Source: Chiloscyllium plagiosum | Lineage: Eukaryota | NCBI RefSeq assembly: GCF_004010195.1 | Contig: NC_057746.1 | Location: 17,603,327-17,667,326 of the forward strand | Reading direction: 5' to 3' | Length of the DNA stretch: 64,000 nt | In this document: positions 1 to 14,100 of the stretch, one piece after another | Numbering within the stretch: position 1 is the stretch's first letter | Layout of the letters: every line of letters begins with the position of its first letter | Notes under the pieces: model-generated | What the model was told of the DNA's origin: nothing | Databases searched by the model: none | What the model saw: the letters and a program-made list of their open reading frames with translations, nothing else | Program-made: the position numbers and the translations under genes

Positions 1-429
1 GTTCACATTCCCAAATGATAATGATGCACATTCTACCACTTTATCACAAAGGGAGCTAAACTGCAATATATTTCAGAAGAAAGGCATGGATAGTAGTTGC
101 AGGCATGTGCAAAGATGTAGCTTATGGACTTACAGAATAATGTGAATGCTTTCACCATTAGTGATTGTTATGTAAAGCTCAAAATCATCGAGCCAAAGGC
201 AAGTCATTGAGTTGTTTGGAAAATTAAATTTGCAGGAAGCAAAAGAGTAACAAGTATAAAGTCTGTTATGAAGAAGACTCATTCGACTCAAGAAGACCTT
301 GATCCTATTTTCTCTTTGCAGATGATGCCAGAACTGCTGAGTTTCTCCAACAGTTGCTGTTTTTGCTTGTGAGAGAGTAGAAACACTGGCAAGTATTCCA
401 ACTGTCAGGATGTAAATAACCATGTGAGG

Positions 430-1020
430 ATCGGTTTTGGGACTGGACTATTCACATTTATTATTAACATGATAAACAGATGAAAAATTTTTACAGATTT
501 GCAGATGACAATGTGACAAGCAATATTATAGGTGATAAAGATGAAAACATGAAATGACAATAAGATATTATTCAGTTCAGTAAATGTCTGAATTTTTGGT
601 AAGTTGATTTAAATAGGATGTTATTTATTTTTGACCAAAGAAGGTGAAAACAAGGTGCTTTCTAAACAGTGAAAAATCAGATAACAGTGTAAGCCCGAAG
701 TAAATTGGAGTCTGGGAATATAAATCATCATTCAAATGCAATGAGTATGTATTGAATATATCATGGAAACCAAATGGAACAATGGGTTGTTTATTTGGAG
801 GATTAGAATACAAGAAGGCAGTAGACATATTTTAACTTTACAAAACCCTGACTGGACCACATCTGAAATAGTTTGAGCAACTCTGACACCACACCTCAGC
901 AAGCAGATATTGGAGTTGGAGATAATGCCGATACTGTTTACAAGAAAGATGCTTCGAATGATAAAAACGAAGCCCATGAAGGAGATAAAGGAAATTAGAG
1001 TTTCATTCCCTGGAAACTGT
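430..1020 (+). mobile_element. Old degraded CR1-clade LINE fragment (RT C-terminal region)
   Basis: Decayed SVLG and RFADD (agatttgcagatgac) motifs, followed by ycktl/rphleys-like sequence with many stops. Confidence 0.6.
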
Positions 1021-1144
1021 TACAATGTCTGAAATGTGGGACTAAATTTGAATTTGATTTAACTTTGTCGGTAAATAAACTTGAGCAAAACATTGTTTGT
1101 CACGAGGTTGAATCACCTTTGATAACAGTTGATTGTCATTGCCG

Positions 1145-2055
1145 ATGTTTGAAAAGATTTGGAGCTCAGGTTGATGATGTTTATGCAAGTTAGCTCGCTG
1201 AGCTGGAAGGTTTACTTTCGGATGTTTCAGCACGGTGACTAGGTGATATCATCAGTGAGAGTCTCCAGTGAAGCACTGGTCGTATGTCCCATATCTTTAT
1301 TTATCGTCTTGGTTTCTTAAAGTGGGTGATTTCATTTCCAGATCTTTTTTCAAGGGAAAGTAGATGGCGTCTAAATCGATGTGTTTTTTGATAGAGTTCC
1401 AGAATCAAATCCAAACAACCAGACACAACACAACCAAAAGCTACAGCCACATTACCATACATCAAACACATTTCAGAAATGAGATCCAGATTACTCAGAC
1501 CGCTTGGCATCCTGGTAGCCCACACACCTACCAACACACTGAAACAGTGACTAATGAATCGAAAGGATCCATTAGATATTATCAGCAAAACTAATGTAAT
1601 TTACAAAATACAATGCAAGTACTGTGAAAAATACTACATCGGACAAACAAACAAGAAACATGCCACCAGGATACACGAACACCAACTAGCCTCCAAAAAA
1701 CACGACCCACTGTCACTAGATTCCGTACATGCAGACAAAGAAGGGCACTACTTTGACTGGGACAGCACACACATCTTACAACAAGCAAAACAAAGACTTG
1801 CACGATAATTCCGAGAGACATTCTAACCGGAACTCCATCAATAAACACATCAATTTAGACCCCATCGACATTTGCTTGAAAAAAAATAATCGGAAATGAC
1901 ATCACCCACCTTAAGAAACCAACCTTTAAACAGAGAGGTGGGACATACTACCAGCACTTCACGGGGACTCTCACTGACGATGTTGCCTAGTTATGGTGAC
2001 AAAACGTCTGAAAACAAACCTTGCAGCTCAGTGAGCTAACACATCCATAAAATCG
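1145..2055 (+). mobile_element. Penelope-like element remnant (GIY-YIG endonuclease) with inverted terminal repeats
   Basis: ORF 1554-1808 contains NVIYKIQCKYCEKYYIGQT...RIHEH (PLE GIY-YIG); ~1175-1405 is the inverted copy of ~1820-2055. Confidence 0.85.
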
Positions 2056-2120
2056 AATGACATTTTGAAATGGAACTGTGGTGAGATATTAAGGGCAACA
2101 TGTCGTTGCAGTACTTTTCC

Positions 2121-3025
2121 TCATTGAGCTCGTTTACAAATGAGAGTAAAGGGATATTTGAGAGCACACAGCAACTCATGTCTGAACTTACTCTGGGTCA
2201 CTGTATAAATAGCTGTGTTAGTGCAGCAGCTCAGAAGCTGAAGCATAGTTCCAGTCTTTTCATAAGTTTCAAAAGGGCTAAGTAGAGATGAGAGAGTAAA
2301 GACACTTGTAATTCGATAATGTAGGAAATATGTGACTGACGTTATCCAGAGTATGATAAAACTGCTCGATATTGTGAAGAGTAGAATAATGGACCTTCTG
2401 CGATTCTTCATCTCAGGGTCCTTGTCATTTTCACCATTGTTACTGTGGAGCCAGAGGTTCCTTCGGGCCTGACTGACCATTAATATGTGCCTAACAGTGA
2501 GAGCATTCAAAAATAAAATCAATATGAAGGGAAGAATTGGAGTTAACAGCTGTTCAATCCAAGAAAATGCCATCGCCGCAGATTGAAAGTAAATGACTGG
2601 TGATGTAAAGCAACCCCATGGTCTATTGTTCACGAGGGCATAAGGAATGTACAAAAAGGCCCAGGGAATGTTTTTCAAACAGAAAACTAAGGTCAGTATG
2701 ATGGTTACCACAGTAGCAGTTTTCACTGTACAATATTTTAATTTCAAATTCTGACAACAAATGGCTACAAAACGATCAAAGGTAAATGCAACCGTGAACC
2801 AGACAGAAATGTCTATGGCAGTCGGAGACAGGAAGAGAATAAACCTACAGATTGGAGTGTACAGCAGCAGAGAGTCCCACCAATAAATTTTAGCAATCTT
2901 ATGCAATGTCACATTGAAGACAATCACCATGAAATCTGCTGTCGCCATGGCCACCAGGTAGTGAGTGATGCAGGGAGAGACACCGCATTTCCCCCGACAC
3001 AGTATCAAAATCGTCACCAAGTTAA
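2121..3025 (-). CDS. GPR139/GPR142-like class A GPCR, exon 2 (end of TM1 to TM7)
   Basis: ORF with YLVAMATADF, FTFDRFVAIC (DRY-like) and CTNTAIY..KFR motifs; acceptor ctcatag| at 3026/3025, phase 1; stop at 2121-2123. Confidence 0.93.
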
Positions 3026-4932
3026 CTATGAGAAGGAGAAATGATTATAGTAAGATAACACGTTGTTGCCAACAATAACGCAACTGCCATGGCACTGGCA
3101 TCATATTTTCTTTTTGTGTTATAATCTTCTCTAATGAAGATTCTAATTATCCTGGTGAAACAAATTTGTTATGACTTTTTTGGGGTAGTGCACAAATCAA
3201 CCCATTATTACAGACGTCTTTACAAACATTACAACTTTTATAAAGTCCACAAGGATTCCCCAATTTATCTGACTTTTTTTATCCAGTTTTACAGAAAGCC
3301 ATAGACTAGGCTTTGTACTTAACAATAATTACTGCTAATAAAAATTAAATAAAACTAAGCCACAAACACGTAATTACAAATCATGGGCGTGTAATGCTGC
3401 TACATAAAACTTCAATCCAAATATAACTTACCATTACGTTCATGTACAGGTGCACAAAGTCATAGACACGCACACATACATGCACCCACACGTATATACG
3501 CATACACACATAGAGTTCTGGGTGGAAGGATTACTGGGAAAGTACGTCAGTGTTTTGAGTTTACAAAATGATTCTTGTCATTCCTGTGCTGATCATAATG
3601 CTGTTTTTCAGTCATCCTTCCCTTCTGTGCCACTGCTTTCCAAGAGGCAACGTGTCTTTGGTCCACTTACCAACGTCACTAACTTATCAATGAAAATTCA
3701 TAGCAACTACTGAATTAAAAATAACTAGTTTTGTTCAGGCTTAAAGTCACTCACTGCACACAATGGCAGGAGAAAGAGGGAGGGAGAGAGAGGGCTGCTG
3801 GCTGGAGGACGCTTAATGACTTCCCATGGTATTGCTCCCACCCCAGTCTCTTCCGTTACCTGAGAATAAATCACATGGCTGAAGATATTTGCCACTGGTA
3901 ACTACTCAATAAACCACAATTTAATCTGCTGCTTTGGCCAACCAATTTCTGTTTGTATCCAAATCTTTGGCTCCAGTTCATCTCCGAACACTGATGCAAC
4001 AAACAGTACTGTAAATTTTGTTCACAATGAATATCAAATTATTTGCCTACATGCAGCAGTCCTTGATTTTTTTGAAACCCTCGGACTATGAAGTAGATGC
4101 AGGCCATTTAGTCAATCAAGTCTGCTCTGTGATTCAATGAGGTCTGAGCTGGTCTGATAATCTTCAACCCCATATTCTCATCTTTTCCTCATGGCTCTTG
4201 ATCCCCACAGTCTTTACAAACTGAAGAATCACTGTGGGCACCTGAACCTTTCCTTTTTGCTTGAGCCTTTTGGGCCTTCATTAGCCAGCAACAATCTAGG
4301 TGGAAAGATAAAATTGGATGTCACTGAACATAAATCTACACAAGACAAAGACAACAGCTACAGGACATTGAAGGAGAGCTTATTTTTTGGGGCTTTTAAG
4401 GGTCAGATTAAAATGAAGCAGAATTAAAAACAAACACAATGCGTGTAATACATAAAATAAGAAGTAAGACAACAACAACAACAACAATAAAAGGGAGCAG
4501 GAGAGGATTGTTGAGGTCTCTCATATAAAAGTGTGATCTCGAGATTAAATCATGATTCGGGATATCAGAATAACACACAAGCCAAGATTGAAATGATGCA
4601 CGAATAGAAAGTAAATGAACACCAAGACTAAAACTACCTAAGAAAGCAGACAACAACAAAAGTGGATGTGAACAACAGAGATTAAAAGAGAATAAAGGGA
4701 GGGGTAATGGTGAATGATAAGGTAATGCAATCTTGTTGACAATGTAAAGAGTGCAATATATTGGAGAGAAGGCAACACAAATAAAAACAGAATGTTTGAC
4801 AGATGACAACATTTTCTGAAAGTGAACGAAACTTTAGTTCTGGAGATGTCTAAATGAGAATAAGGCTCACAGACTTGGATATTATAATAATAGATCTGCT
4901 GGGAATAACGTTCGCACGGAGTTTGAACTTAC

Positions 4933-5002
4933 CAGGCACTCCAACTACAGCGAGAATAGGATAGTATTTTGATGTAACTGGAGTCATTTGTGTTTGAAAC
5001 AT
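4933..5002 (-). CDS. GPR139/GPR142-like GPCR, exon 1 (MFQTQMTPVTSKYYPILAVVGVP)
   Basis: ATG at 5002 with an upstream in-frame stop; donor G|GTAAGT, phase 1, joins exon 2 in frame to give YYPILAVVGVPVNLVTI; total 324 aa. Confidence 0.88.
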
Positions 5003-6544
5003 TCCCAATGTACTGTAAAATCCCGATGTAGCGGAGACAATTGATGTAGTTTAGAGAATAAAGAGAAAATTTGGAGGTTTTATACTGTAAAGTGAATCAG
5101 GAGCCGCAAGGAAATTTGATCCAGCATGTGGAATATATAAGATTGTTATTGCACCTAGGTTTTCCCTGTAGAAATCATTAAGCAAAGCCAAAATTTCATC
5201 AGCACCTTTGGGAACAAGAGCAAGATGTCGAAATAATAATGCAATGCATTCTGACTTCAACCTGAGCAAATGGCAATTATTTTTTAAATTCTGCAATTAA
5301 TTGTGATCATTGTATTTAATGTCTGGAAACCTTTCTTCCGTATTGTTTATGTCTATATCATTTCACCTGTCTCCCACAAACCCAGTTAGTGTTTTTTTTT
5401 GTAACTCTATCACTCTAACTCTCCCATTGTGACAAATGGTAGGTGTCAGTGACTTTTATCCTAGTTTGTCATGACCCCATGATTTTTCTTCCTTTTCTTT
5501 ACATTCTTTACTCCAGACTGATCTTTACCTCATACAGCATGAAAGGGAATTGATGGACGTACTCAGTGTATGATAAGAATGCAAGGAATAAGAAAAATGG
5601 AAGAGAATTCAAGGTATAGGCCTACAACTTGTAGTACTAACAAACAAGATCATGGTTCCTTTCTTCGGTACAGCTCTGCACTCCTCATCATTCCTGGTAT
5701 TCCATGATTACTTATGAGATTTCAAAAAATATTTTTTTTCCATCTTAATAAATTTCAATAATACAGCACCAAACACTCTTCAGCAGAGAATTCCAAATAT
5801 TCACAACCATGGAAGTAGACAGATCTCTCCTCATCTCACTCTAAAATGATCGACTGCTTGTTATGAGATGGAACTCAGCCTCTGAATTTCTAGCATTTGA
5901 AGTATCTTCTGATGTACTGAGGAAAGAAGTGAGATTTTGCCTATCGTGTTAATACGTTAACTATGTTCATATCCACTGATGCTGCATGATATGCTGAGTA
6001 TTTCCGTCAAATATATTGGTGTTATTCACAACAGAATCTTCTTTGCCAGTCAGATTACCTATTATTCTTATAAACTGAGTCTAGGCCGAAACATCAAAGC
6101 CATAACAATTAAAACAAGACTTCTTTGTTCCACTACTGCAATCACTTTCCAATAAAAGGATTGGATTCCACTAGGCCTCTTAATACATTGTTATTTCTGC
6201 ACACTCGTCTTTTCTACTCAATATCTGAGTACACAGCTTTTCCAATCTTCAGATGACAGCCAATAATATTACGCCATCTCCTCACGTCGCAGTTTGGTGT
6301 GATATTTTTTACCCATACACTTAAACCCGCCTACATCTTTTTACAGCGTATTGTTTCCTATTCATATCTTACACTCTTGCCTAGTTTTATATCACCAACA
6401 TACTTGCTGACTTTAATATCATCTAAGGTACAAACAGATATAGCTGAGGCTCCAGCACTGGTCCTCATGACATTTCACTAGGAGCAGCTGATCAAGTTGA
6501 AAATGCATCAGCCATGCATACTATCGGCTTCTTACATGCCCACA

Positions 6545-6760
6545 GACTAAGAGGGGTATGCAGCAAATGAGCATCACTGTAGAGCACACTGGGAAGAGTG
6601 TGCAACAAATCAGTATCACAGTGAAGCAGACCAGGAGTAGTGTGTGGCAAGTCAGCATCACTGTAGCAAGTTAGCAACACAGTGAAGCAGGCTGGGAGAG
6701 TTGTGCAGCAAATCAGCATCACAAGGAACAGCCTGGTGGAGTGGACATGTATGAGAAGCA
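6545..6760. repeat. Degenerate ~40-bp minisatellite
   Basis: Recurring gcaaatcagcatcacagtga...ctgggagag units. Confidence 0.6.
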
Positions 6761-6959
6761 CAACAAAGGCGAGAAATAATAATTGCAGAAAGGACGCCCT
6801 TCAACCTGTCCTTCCGTGCCATAGCCAAAGCATGATGTCACAGGAAAACACGTAGGTTATGTGTGTGATTTTGTCCACGTTCTTTTGGTAGGTCATGGGT
6901 TTTAGTTCAGGTGATGTCAGTACATCTGAAGGGTACAGTTAGGAAATTCAGATTTAAAA

Positions 6960-8170
6960 TGTTTGACATCCAAATTAATACATTTTATGGAATTGGGGTT
7001 TCTGGGCAGGTGATGTGTTGCAGCTGTACTATATTGAAGCTAGTGGATACTGGGTTGATCCAATTTCACCACCACCATCGCGAAATGTTAGGTGCTAGCG
7101 GAGCTTCAGCTCAGATGGTCAGGGAGTAGTGAGTTACCTGAATACTGTTTTATATTCAGGCACAGACCTTAGATTAATTAGATCAAATTTGTGCAGTAGT
7201 CAGGGATAAGAGGATATGACTGTGAATGAGAGAGGTATTAGAATCCAGAATTTAGCATTGGAAGAGACCCAACAAGTGTCCCTGTGCAATAGATATGAGG
7301 TTATTGCTTCTTGTGTGGAGGCGGGGCACAGAGTGCAGAAAGGATGAGCGAAATAACCAAAGCACCATGATACAGACAAGTGGGTGGAGAAACAGAAATG
7401 TAATACTAATGTATGAACGCATCACTGGGGTATTATTTACTGCTCTCAGTAGAAAACATAAAAGGATCCACATGTTACCTTGCCCTTTTGATGCCAAAAT
7501 TAAGGATATCTCTTCTGAGCTAAACAGAATTTTGTAATGAGAGGGGAAAGATACAGTTAGCGTTGTCAGTGTATGAAATAACTTCAAAGGTTGGGCTCGG
7601 ACAGAGGTTCTATTAAGGGCTTGTGCAGAACATGCGACTGAAATAAAAAAGCACATCCACGAAGACAATAATTGCAGGGTTTCCTCTACAATAGCCTAGG
7701 CCAATTGAAAATTGACAGAAGTTAGATATCAGTAGAAAGATAAATGTGTAGTTCAATGATTGGTGTCAATGGGATGGGTTACAATTCATGGGTTACTGGT
7801 CCGTGTACTTGGAATTCAAATGGGTCCATTGGAATGGGCTTCATTTGAAGAATGCTGGGACCAGAATCCAATTATATAAGTAGGGTTGCAGATATTTAAG
7901 ACTCAGATGAGAATGAATTTGTTTTCTCAGAACATTGTGAGTCTTGGGATCTCCATTTCACAGAGAGTTTAGGGTTGCACCATTATGTATATTTAAGACT
8001 AACATACGTAGATTCCTTATTAGGAGCTGAATTATGGCAGGATTATTATGGTTTAGGATTATGGCAGAAAAGTGGGTATGAAGAATATTAGTCCATCTAT
8101 TATCATATTGAATAGCTCAAAGAACTGAACAATCTAATCTTGCTTCTAATTCTTTATGGTCTTATAGTTT
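6960..8170 (+). mobile_element. Degraded CR1 LINE (ORF1-like region plus 3' end)
   Basis: CCSC-like start of CR1 ORF1, esterase-like remnant, then a CR1 3' end ending ttctttatggtctta. Confidence 0.5.
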
Positions 8171-8265
8171 TATCGGAAGGATAAACTATTTCTGTTTTAC
8201 AAAAGAACCGAACTGCAGTAGTGAGGTGAGGTAACTGCTCTTGACATTAAGGTGACATTTAATTT

Positions 8266-9110
8266 TTGTGGCATCAAGAGGTCCTCACAGAACTGGAGTC
8301 AATGAGAATCATGGGAGGCTTTCTACTGGTTGAAGTCATACCTAGTACAAAGGAAGATGGTTGTGAATGTTGGAGTTCAGTGATCTCAGCAGTGGGACAT
8401 TTCTGCAAGTGTTCATCAGAATGGTTTCCCAACCATCTTCAACTACTTAATCAACGGGCCTCCCTCCCTCCCTCAAAAGGTTGAAGTGAGGATGTTTACT
8501 GATGATTGTAAAATTTTCAGCACCATTCACAACTCCTCAGGTACTAAGACATTCCATGGTAAATTGCAACAAGATTTGGACAATATCCGGGCTTAGACTG
8601 ACAAGGGGAAAGTAACACTCATGCTACACATACCAAGCAGTAACAATCTCCGTTGAGAGACAATCTAACCATCACTTTTAGATAATCAGTGACATTGTCG
8701 TTACTGAATTCTCCTCTATTAACAGCCTGCGGTTTGCCTTTGACAGAAATTCAAATGGACTCGCCACATAAGCACAATGGCTACAAGAGCAGGCCAGCGG
8801 CTAGGAAAATATTGGACTCAATTACTGACTCCCCAAAGCCTGTCTCATCTGCAAGGTATAAGTCAGGAATGTGATGGAATACTCCCACTTACCTGGTGGT
8901 ATGCCATTCCAGCAACACTGAAGAAGCTTGACACCATCCAGCCTAAAACAGCCCGCTTGATTGTCACCACATCCAAAAGCATCCATTTCCTTCCACCACT
9001 GACACTCAGCAGCAGCAGGTGTGTACAATCTACAAGATACACGCAGAAATTCACCACAGATCTTTACATAATATTTTCCAAACCAGTTACCAATTCTATC
9101 TAGAAGGACA
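8266..9110 (+). mobile_element. Non-LTR retrotransposon RT fragment (CR1-superfamily, distinct family)
   Basis: MFTDD-like RT motif at ~8492 and TLKKLDTIQPKTARLI C-terminal motif; frameshifted. Confidence 0.65.
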
Positions 9111-9119
9111 AGGGAAGCA

Positions 9120-9437
9120 GAGGAGAAGCATAGATAGAGTAGCTGGCTAGAGACTTTTTCCCAGGCAGAAATGGCTATCACAAGGGGGTATAATTTTAAG
9201 GTGAATGGTTAAAGGTTTAGTGGAGATGTCAGAGGTAGGTTGTTTACATAGAGAGTGATGGTTGCATGGAATGCACCACCAGCTTGCTAGTAGAGTCAGA
9301 TAGATTAGGGACATTTAAGTGACTCTTGGACTGGCACATGGAGGATAGGTTTGTTTGATCTTAGAGCAGAGTAAAAGGTCGACACAACATCGAGGGCCAA
9401 AGGGCCGAGACTGTGCTGTACTGTTCTATGTTCTATT
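9120..9437 (+). mobile_element. CR1 LINE 3' end
   Basis: LFPR..RGYNFKV motif and terminal gttctatgttcta tail. Confidence 0.75.
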
Positions 9438-9559
9438 CACGGAAACTCTGTCACATGTGCGATTCCCTCCAAGTCATTTACCAACTTGGCATGAAAACAT
9501 TTATCCATGTGCATTGTGTTGCTCTCCAGACTCGTTTCCATCCATGCATTACACCAGTT

Positions 9560-9645
9560 TCTCTCTCTGTCTCTCCGTCTGTCTGTGTGTGTGTGTGCGC
9601 GCGCGCGTCTGTGTGTGTGTATCCACGCATGCTCGCACGCATGCA
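9560..9645. repeat. Compound (CT)/(TG)/(CG) microsatellite
   Basis: Directly visible dinucleotide tracts. Confidence 0.85.
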
Positions 9646-10860
9646 CTTTAAGGGTTTTGATTTTAGAAGACAGTGAACGTTTTTACGATCAGAGTTCATC
9701 ACCAGAGTTCATATTTGTGTCCCTAATGTTAGAATCTACTCATCTGTAACAAACAATAATATTTGGTAAATATCGAATTCTGGTCCATATTTTCCGTTAA
9801 CGTGAATCCATCTGACTTGTGAATATGAGATGTTTGATGCTTTGATTAAATATTTAACTTTAGGGACAACTCGGAGAATAGTGATGCTCCAATGGGACAT
9901 GACAAAGAGCATTCCTTTACTTTCAAGGTTCTTCCTCTGCTTCCCAGCTCTTCCTACCTGGTCTCTTCACCTGTGGCTTGGTGATTTGGGCTGGACTGAG
10001 TTGTTTTGATGGTTGGTTTGCGATGCAGATTATGTTATGCTCCCTCACTGGCCAATTGATTCGCCACTTCAACGTTTCCCCCTCACTTGAAGTGCAGCGG
10101 TGCTGGGGTGAAATCACCCCCGGCATCTCCTTCGTTAAAGAGCAGCCCATTGGTCCATTAGTGCTGTGGCAACGTTTACTTTTACTCCATCAAGCTGCTC
10201 CTCAAGTCCAGGATTGAAAAATAAGATAAAACAAAACAAAATGACCCCAAACATTAACATTCAGTGGAAAATACCTGAGACTCGGCCATGTCTTACAATC
10301 CGCATGTAACCACCTCTCGGTCTGGTTTGATACCTTTTGCACACATTTCTGCTACTTGTCAACTCGACCTATTTATCTCTCGCAAGAATATTTATAGAGT
10401 ATCATATACAAACGTATTTTTAGAAAAAACATTTACTGAGTTTAAGAAGTTGCACTCAGGGACAGCAAAGCCTACCAGCGCGGAGGAAGCTTCAGCATCC
10501 ACGTCAAACCTGCAAGAACCGGAGTACAGGGCCGATGTTCTGTCCGACAGCTGAACACGCTGCCGTCGACTGCTGAATCGAGCAAATTTTCACCTCCTCT
10601 GTTATAAAACGGCTGCCTTGAGTTCCTGATTCAGACTCTGCACAGTCCGGTCTCCCAGTTGTACTTGCCATGCAGTTAGAGTTCTTGGGAGTTAGAGTGA
10701 GGTGAAGGAACTAAAGGAAATTAAGAAGGGGATGGTACATAACAGGAATTGCTGGAGAAACGCGACAGGTCTGGCAGTGCCTGCTCAAAGAAAGCAGAGA
10801 TGACTGTTTTGAAGAAATAGCTCTCGAAAAGCTAGGTGCACAGGTATTGGACGTGCAGTT

Positions 10861-10861
10861 G

Positions 10862-10939
<78 letters not shown>

Positions 10940-11160
10940 AAGATAGACAGACNNNNNNNNNNNNNNNNNNNNNNNNNNNNNNNNNNNNNNNNNNNNNNNN
11001 NNNNNNNNNNNNNNNNNNNNNNNNNNNNNNNNNNNNNNNNNNNNNNNNNNNNNNNNNNNNNNNNNNNNNNNNNNNNNNNNNNNNNNNNNNNNNNNNNNNN
11101 NNNNNNNNNNNNNNNNNNNNNNNNNNNCAGATAGATAGTCAGACAGATTGATCGATTGAT
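10861..11160. repeat. (GATA)n microsatellite containing an assembly gap (N 10953-11127)
   Basis: Directly visible. Confidence 0.95.
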
Positions 11161-14100
11161 TAGTGGACAGCGTCCATAAGGAAAAGTTTCCTCCAGCTGC
11201 ATTTATTAACGATTTGCGGACAAGACACGCAGAAAAAAAGAACGTTTTGATGAATACGTTCCATTCCATTTGTGTTTTTCATCGATTTATCATTGTTCTC
11301 TGCCTCTGGTAATGCTTTAGTCCACAAGTAGCCGAAGGCTCCACTCTTCCTGCACTCACTTTAAACTTGCAGCTCTACTTCAGATGTGATCTTCTCGTGT
11401 CTGCGTGAATCTATTCACATTGCGCTAAATTAATCCCATTTACACGCTTGCATCCACCACTTACCCTTCTGTTCGGCTGTATATGTACTTCTGAAGTGTA
11501 TCATTGTCCTGCTCACTGTTCACGATGGTTCTGATAGATTCACAGAAAGGAAAGCTTTGTGAATTCCCTCACTGATTCATTGAGCTATTTATCTAACTGA
11601 TTTCTGAGTTAATCACATGCGCTATCAGTCTGGAGTCGAGAAAACGATGAGAATAGTTGTTTCCTGAGTCCTGCATGAATAAAAATACAGCAGACAGATC
11701 TTATCTACTTTAAAAGGTACAGGGAGGAAATATTGATAACTGCTCTCCTTGTGTGTTTTTAAGTTATTCGGCTCCTGCACGAACTTATAATTGTTCTCTT
11801 TTAGAATCAGATTCTGACTTACTTGAGATGGACTGATCGAAACAATTATTGTAGACACGTGGAAACAGTCACGATCGCCTTGAATAGTGTAATAGGCTTG
11901 AGGGGGCGAATGGCCTACTCCGTTGTTATATTCATTTCCGTCAGTAATGTACATTGTACATTACTGAGGCTCCAGCTCTCATAATTGAGTACCTTACTGG
12001 TTACAATTTGTCATGTTGGAAATGTACACCTCCGCCTCTCATTCACCTTCACACCACCCCCACTACCTCCTCACTTTTACTGTACACTTTCTACCCCAAC
12101 AAAAACTCACGTTTCAAACAAGATTTTCAATTCATAACAAGAAAACATTTTGACCTTTACTGACCCCTTTTTTTTCAGTGCATTGTCAAGTTTTCCTTTC
12201 TATGTTTCTTCAAGGACTGATAATTACTCTGCCTTGCCTGTAGTTCCCTGCTCTCCCTCTCTCTCTCTCTCTCTTGCTCTCGCTCTTTCTCTTTGCCGCT
12301 CCAGAAATGAACGCATTTTTCAAACTCACCACCAACCTCTCCAGTATCACTGCAGTTCACTCCTGCCTTCCCCAGGGATTAAGTCCTGGGGATTCGCGGA
12401 ATATCGGTCTTTTCCAGTTTCTCGGGAACATTTTCCTTGCTGATATCAACAGGAGGGTGCCCCTCTGCCCCGTAGAATGCAGCATGCCCGTGAAACTGCA
12501 TTTCCCATCAGCCAAAGAGATAGTGAGCGAGGTACAATTCCGTCGGTCATTACCCAGCCTGAGTGCAGATAGGAAAATCCATCGGGTGCTCCAAAGGGAT
12601 GTGAAATCTGCGCGGTTTATTTTGTGGTCTCTGCAGGGTCCTCAGGCTGAAGCGAGTAAATTATACACGCTTACAGGGTGGAAGCAAACCATTCGGCCCA
12701 TTTAGGTGCTGACTGTCCCCTTCAGCAACAACTACCTGAAGGTTTTCCACATACTTCTAGAAATAACGTCGGTTCAAGGATATGTTGGAAACAAATTATT
12801 ATCAAATTTGAAACAGCCGTGCTTTCGGTGAGTGTTCACAAACGTATCAACACTCTGAGTGAAATAATACCTCCTCGTTTCGCCTCTCGTTACATGGAGC
12901 CACAACTGCCTGGTCTATCTACGAGTCAGTTTTTTCATTTAGATCATTTTTCTGGTCCTACCCTTCACCTTCCCTGCTCTACAGAGGACAAGCCCAGTGT
13001 TTCCAATCTCCCACACAACAGAAAATCCTAATCCCTGACATAATTCTGGTAAAGTTCCTTTCAATTGACCTGGTGGCTTAAACATCCTGCCAAACTTTTT
13101 TCTTTCTCAGTTAGAAAAAAACACCCTAGCCAGGCCCGAAACAGGGGATGTGTAAAGCTTGTGGCATTAATAAACTGTAAATCTTTAGTTACGCTCTGCG
13201 TACCTAGGTTCTAATTCTGCTTAGCCGAGATGGAATTTGAATCCAATGAAAATCTGCAACTAAAAATCTAATGATGACCATGAATCAAAGTCAATTGTCA
13301 AAAAAAAAACCCATCTGGTTCACAAATGTCCTTTAAAGATTTAAACTGCCCTTTCTACCGGCTGGCCTACATGTGACTGCGGGCGCACAGCAATGTGATT
13401 GACTTTTACCTGCTGTCTGGACAAATAAGCATGGGCAATAAATGCTGGTCTGGCCAGCGACACCCTCGTCCTGTGAATGAATAAAACATCAGAAATAGGA
13501 CTAGGCCATCCTGCCCCTGCAGGAAGCTTTGCCACCCTTTCAAATCATGGCTGAGTCAACACTCATCGGGTCCAATTTTCTTCAAAGCATTTGGTTCCAC
13601 AACTGTTCAGGAATCTCTCTGTCCCAGCTTTAAATATGCACGAGACATGTGGCACGTTTTTTTAAAAAAACGTTTGGGCCTTTAATTACAAATGCCACAC
13701 ATCTTCTCAACTACTTTATCAACCTGCTTTGCTGCCTCCAAAACGAATGGGAGTTTGCACCCCACAAGAGCTTTGACACTTGTACAATCATTAAGAGGTC
13801 ACTAATTAAGATCATAAAAAAACTGATGCTAGGCCATTCAGCCCCTCCGACCTGCACTGCCACTCAGTGCAATCATGGTTCATATCATCTGGGTCTCAAC
13901 TCCACTTCCCTGTTCGCTCCCCATTAACACAGTGGCATACTGTCCACGTGGCCCATGACAAAGCTCAGTTCTGTACCTGTCGTGGATTGAATCTGCCCCA
14001 CGTCTGCCAATTTCAACAATCTGTTTCTGTTGTACTGAAGTCAGTTACAGCACCTCCTTAATAGAGAAGACCTGGCACAGAGGTAATGTCACTGAACTAG

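Noticed and set aside
4408-4812. 134-aa hydrophobic ORF
   Set aside because: Low-complexity sequence inside the GPCR intron with no recognisable domain
10711-11269. ORFs with LSIY repeats (also 16312-16743)
   Set aside because: Translations of (GATA)n microsatellites and N gaps
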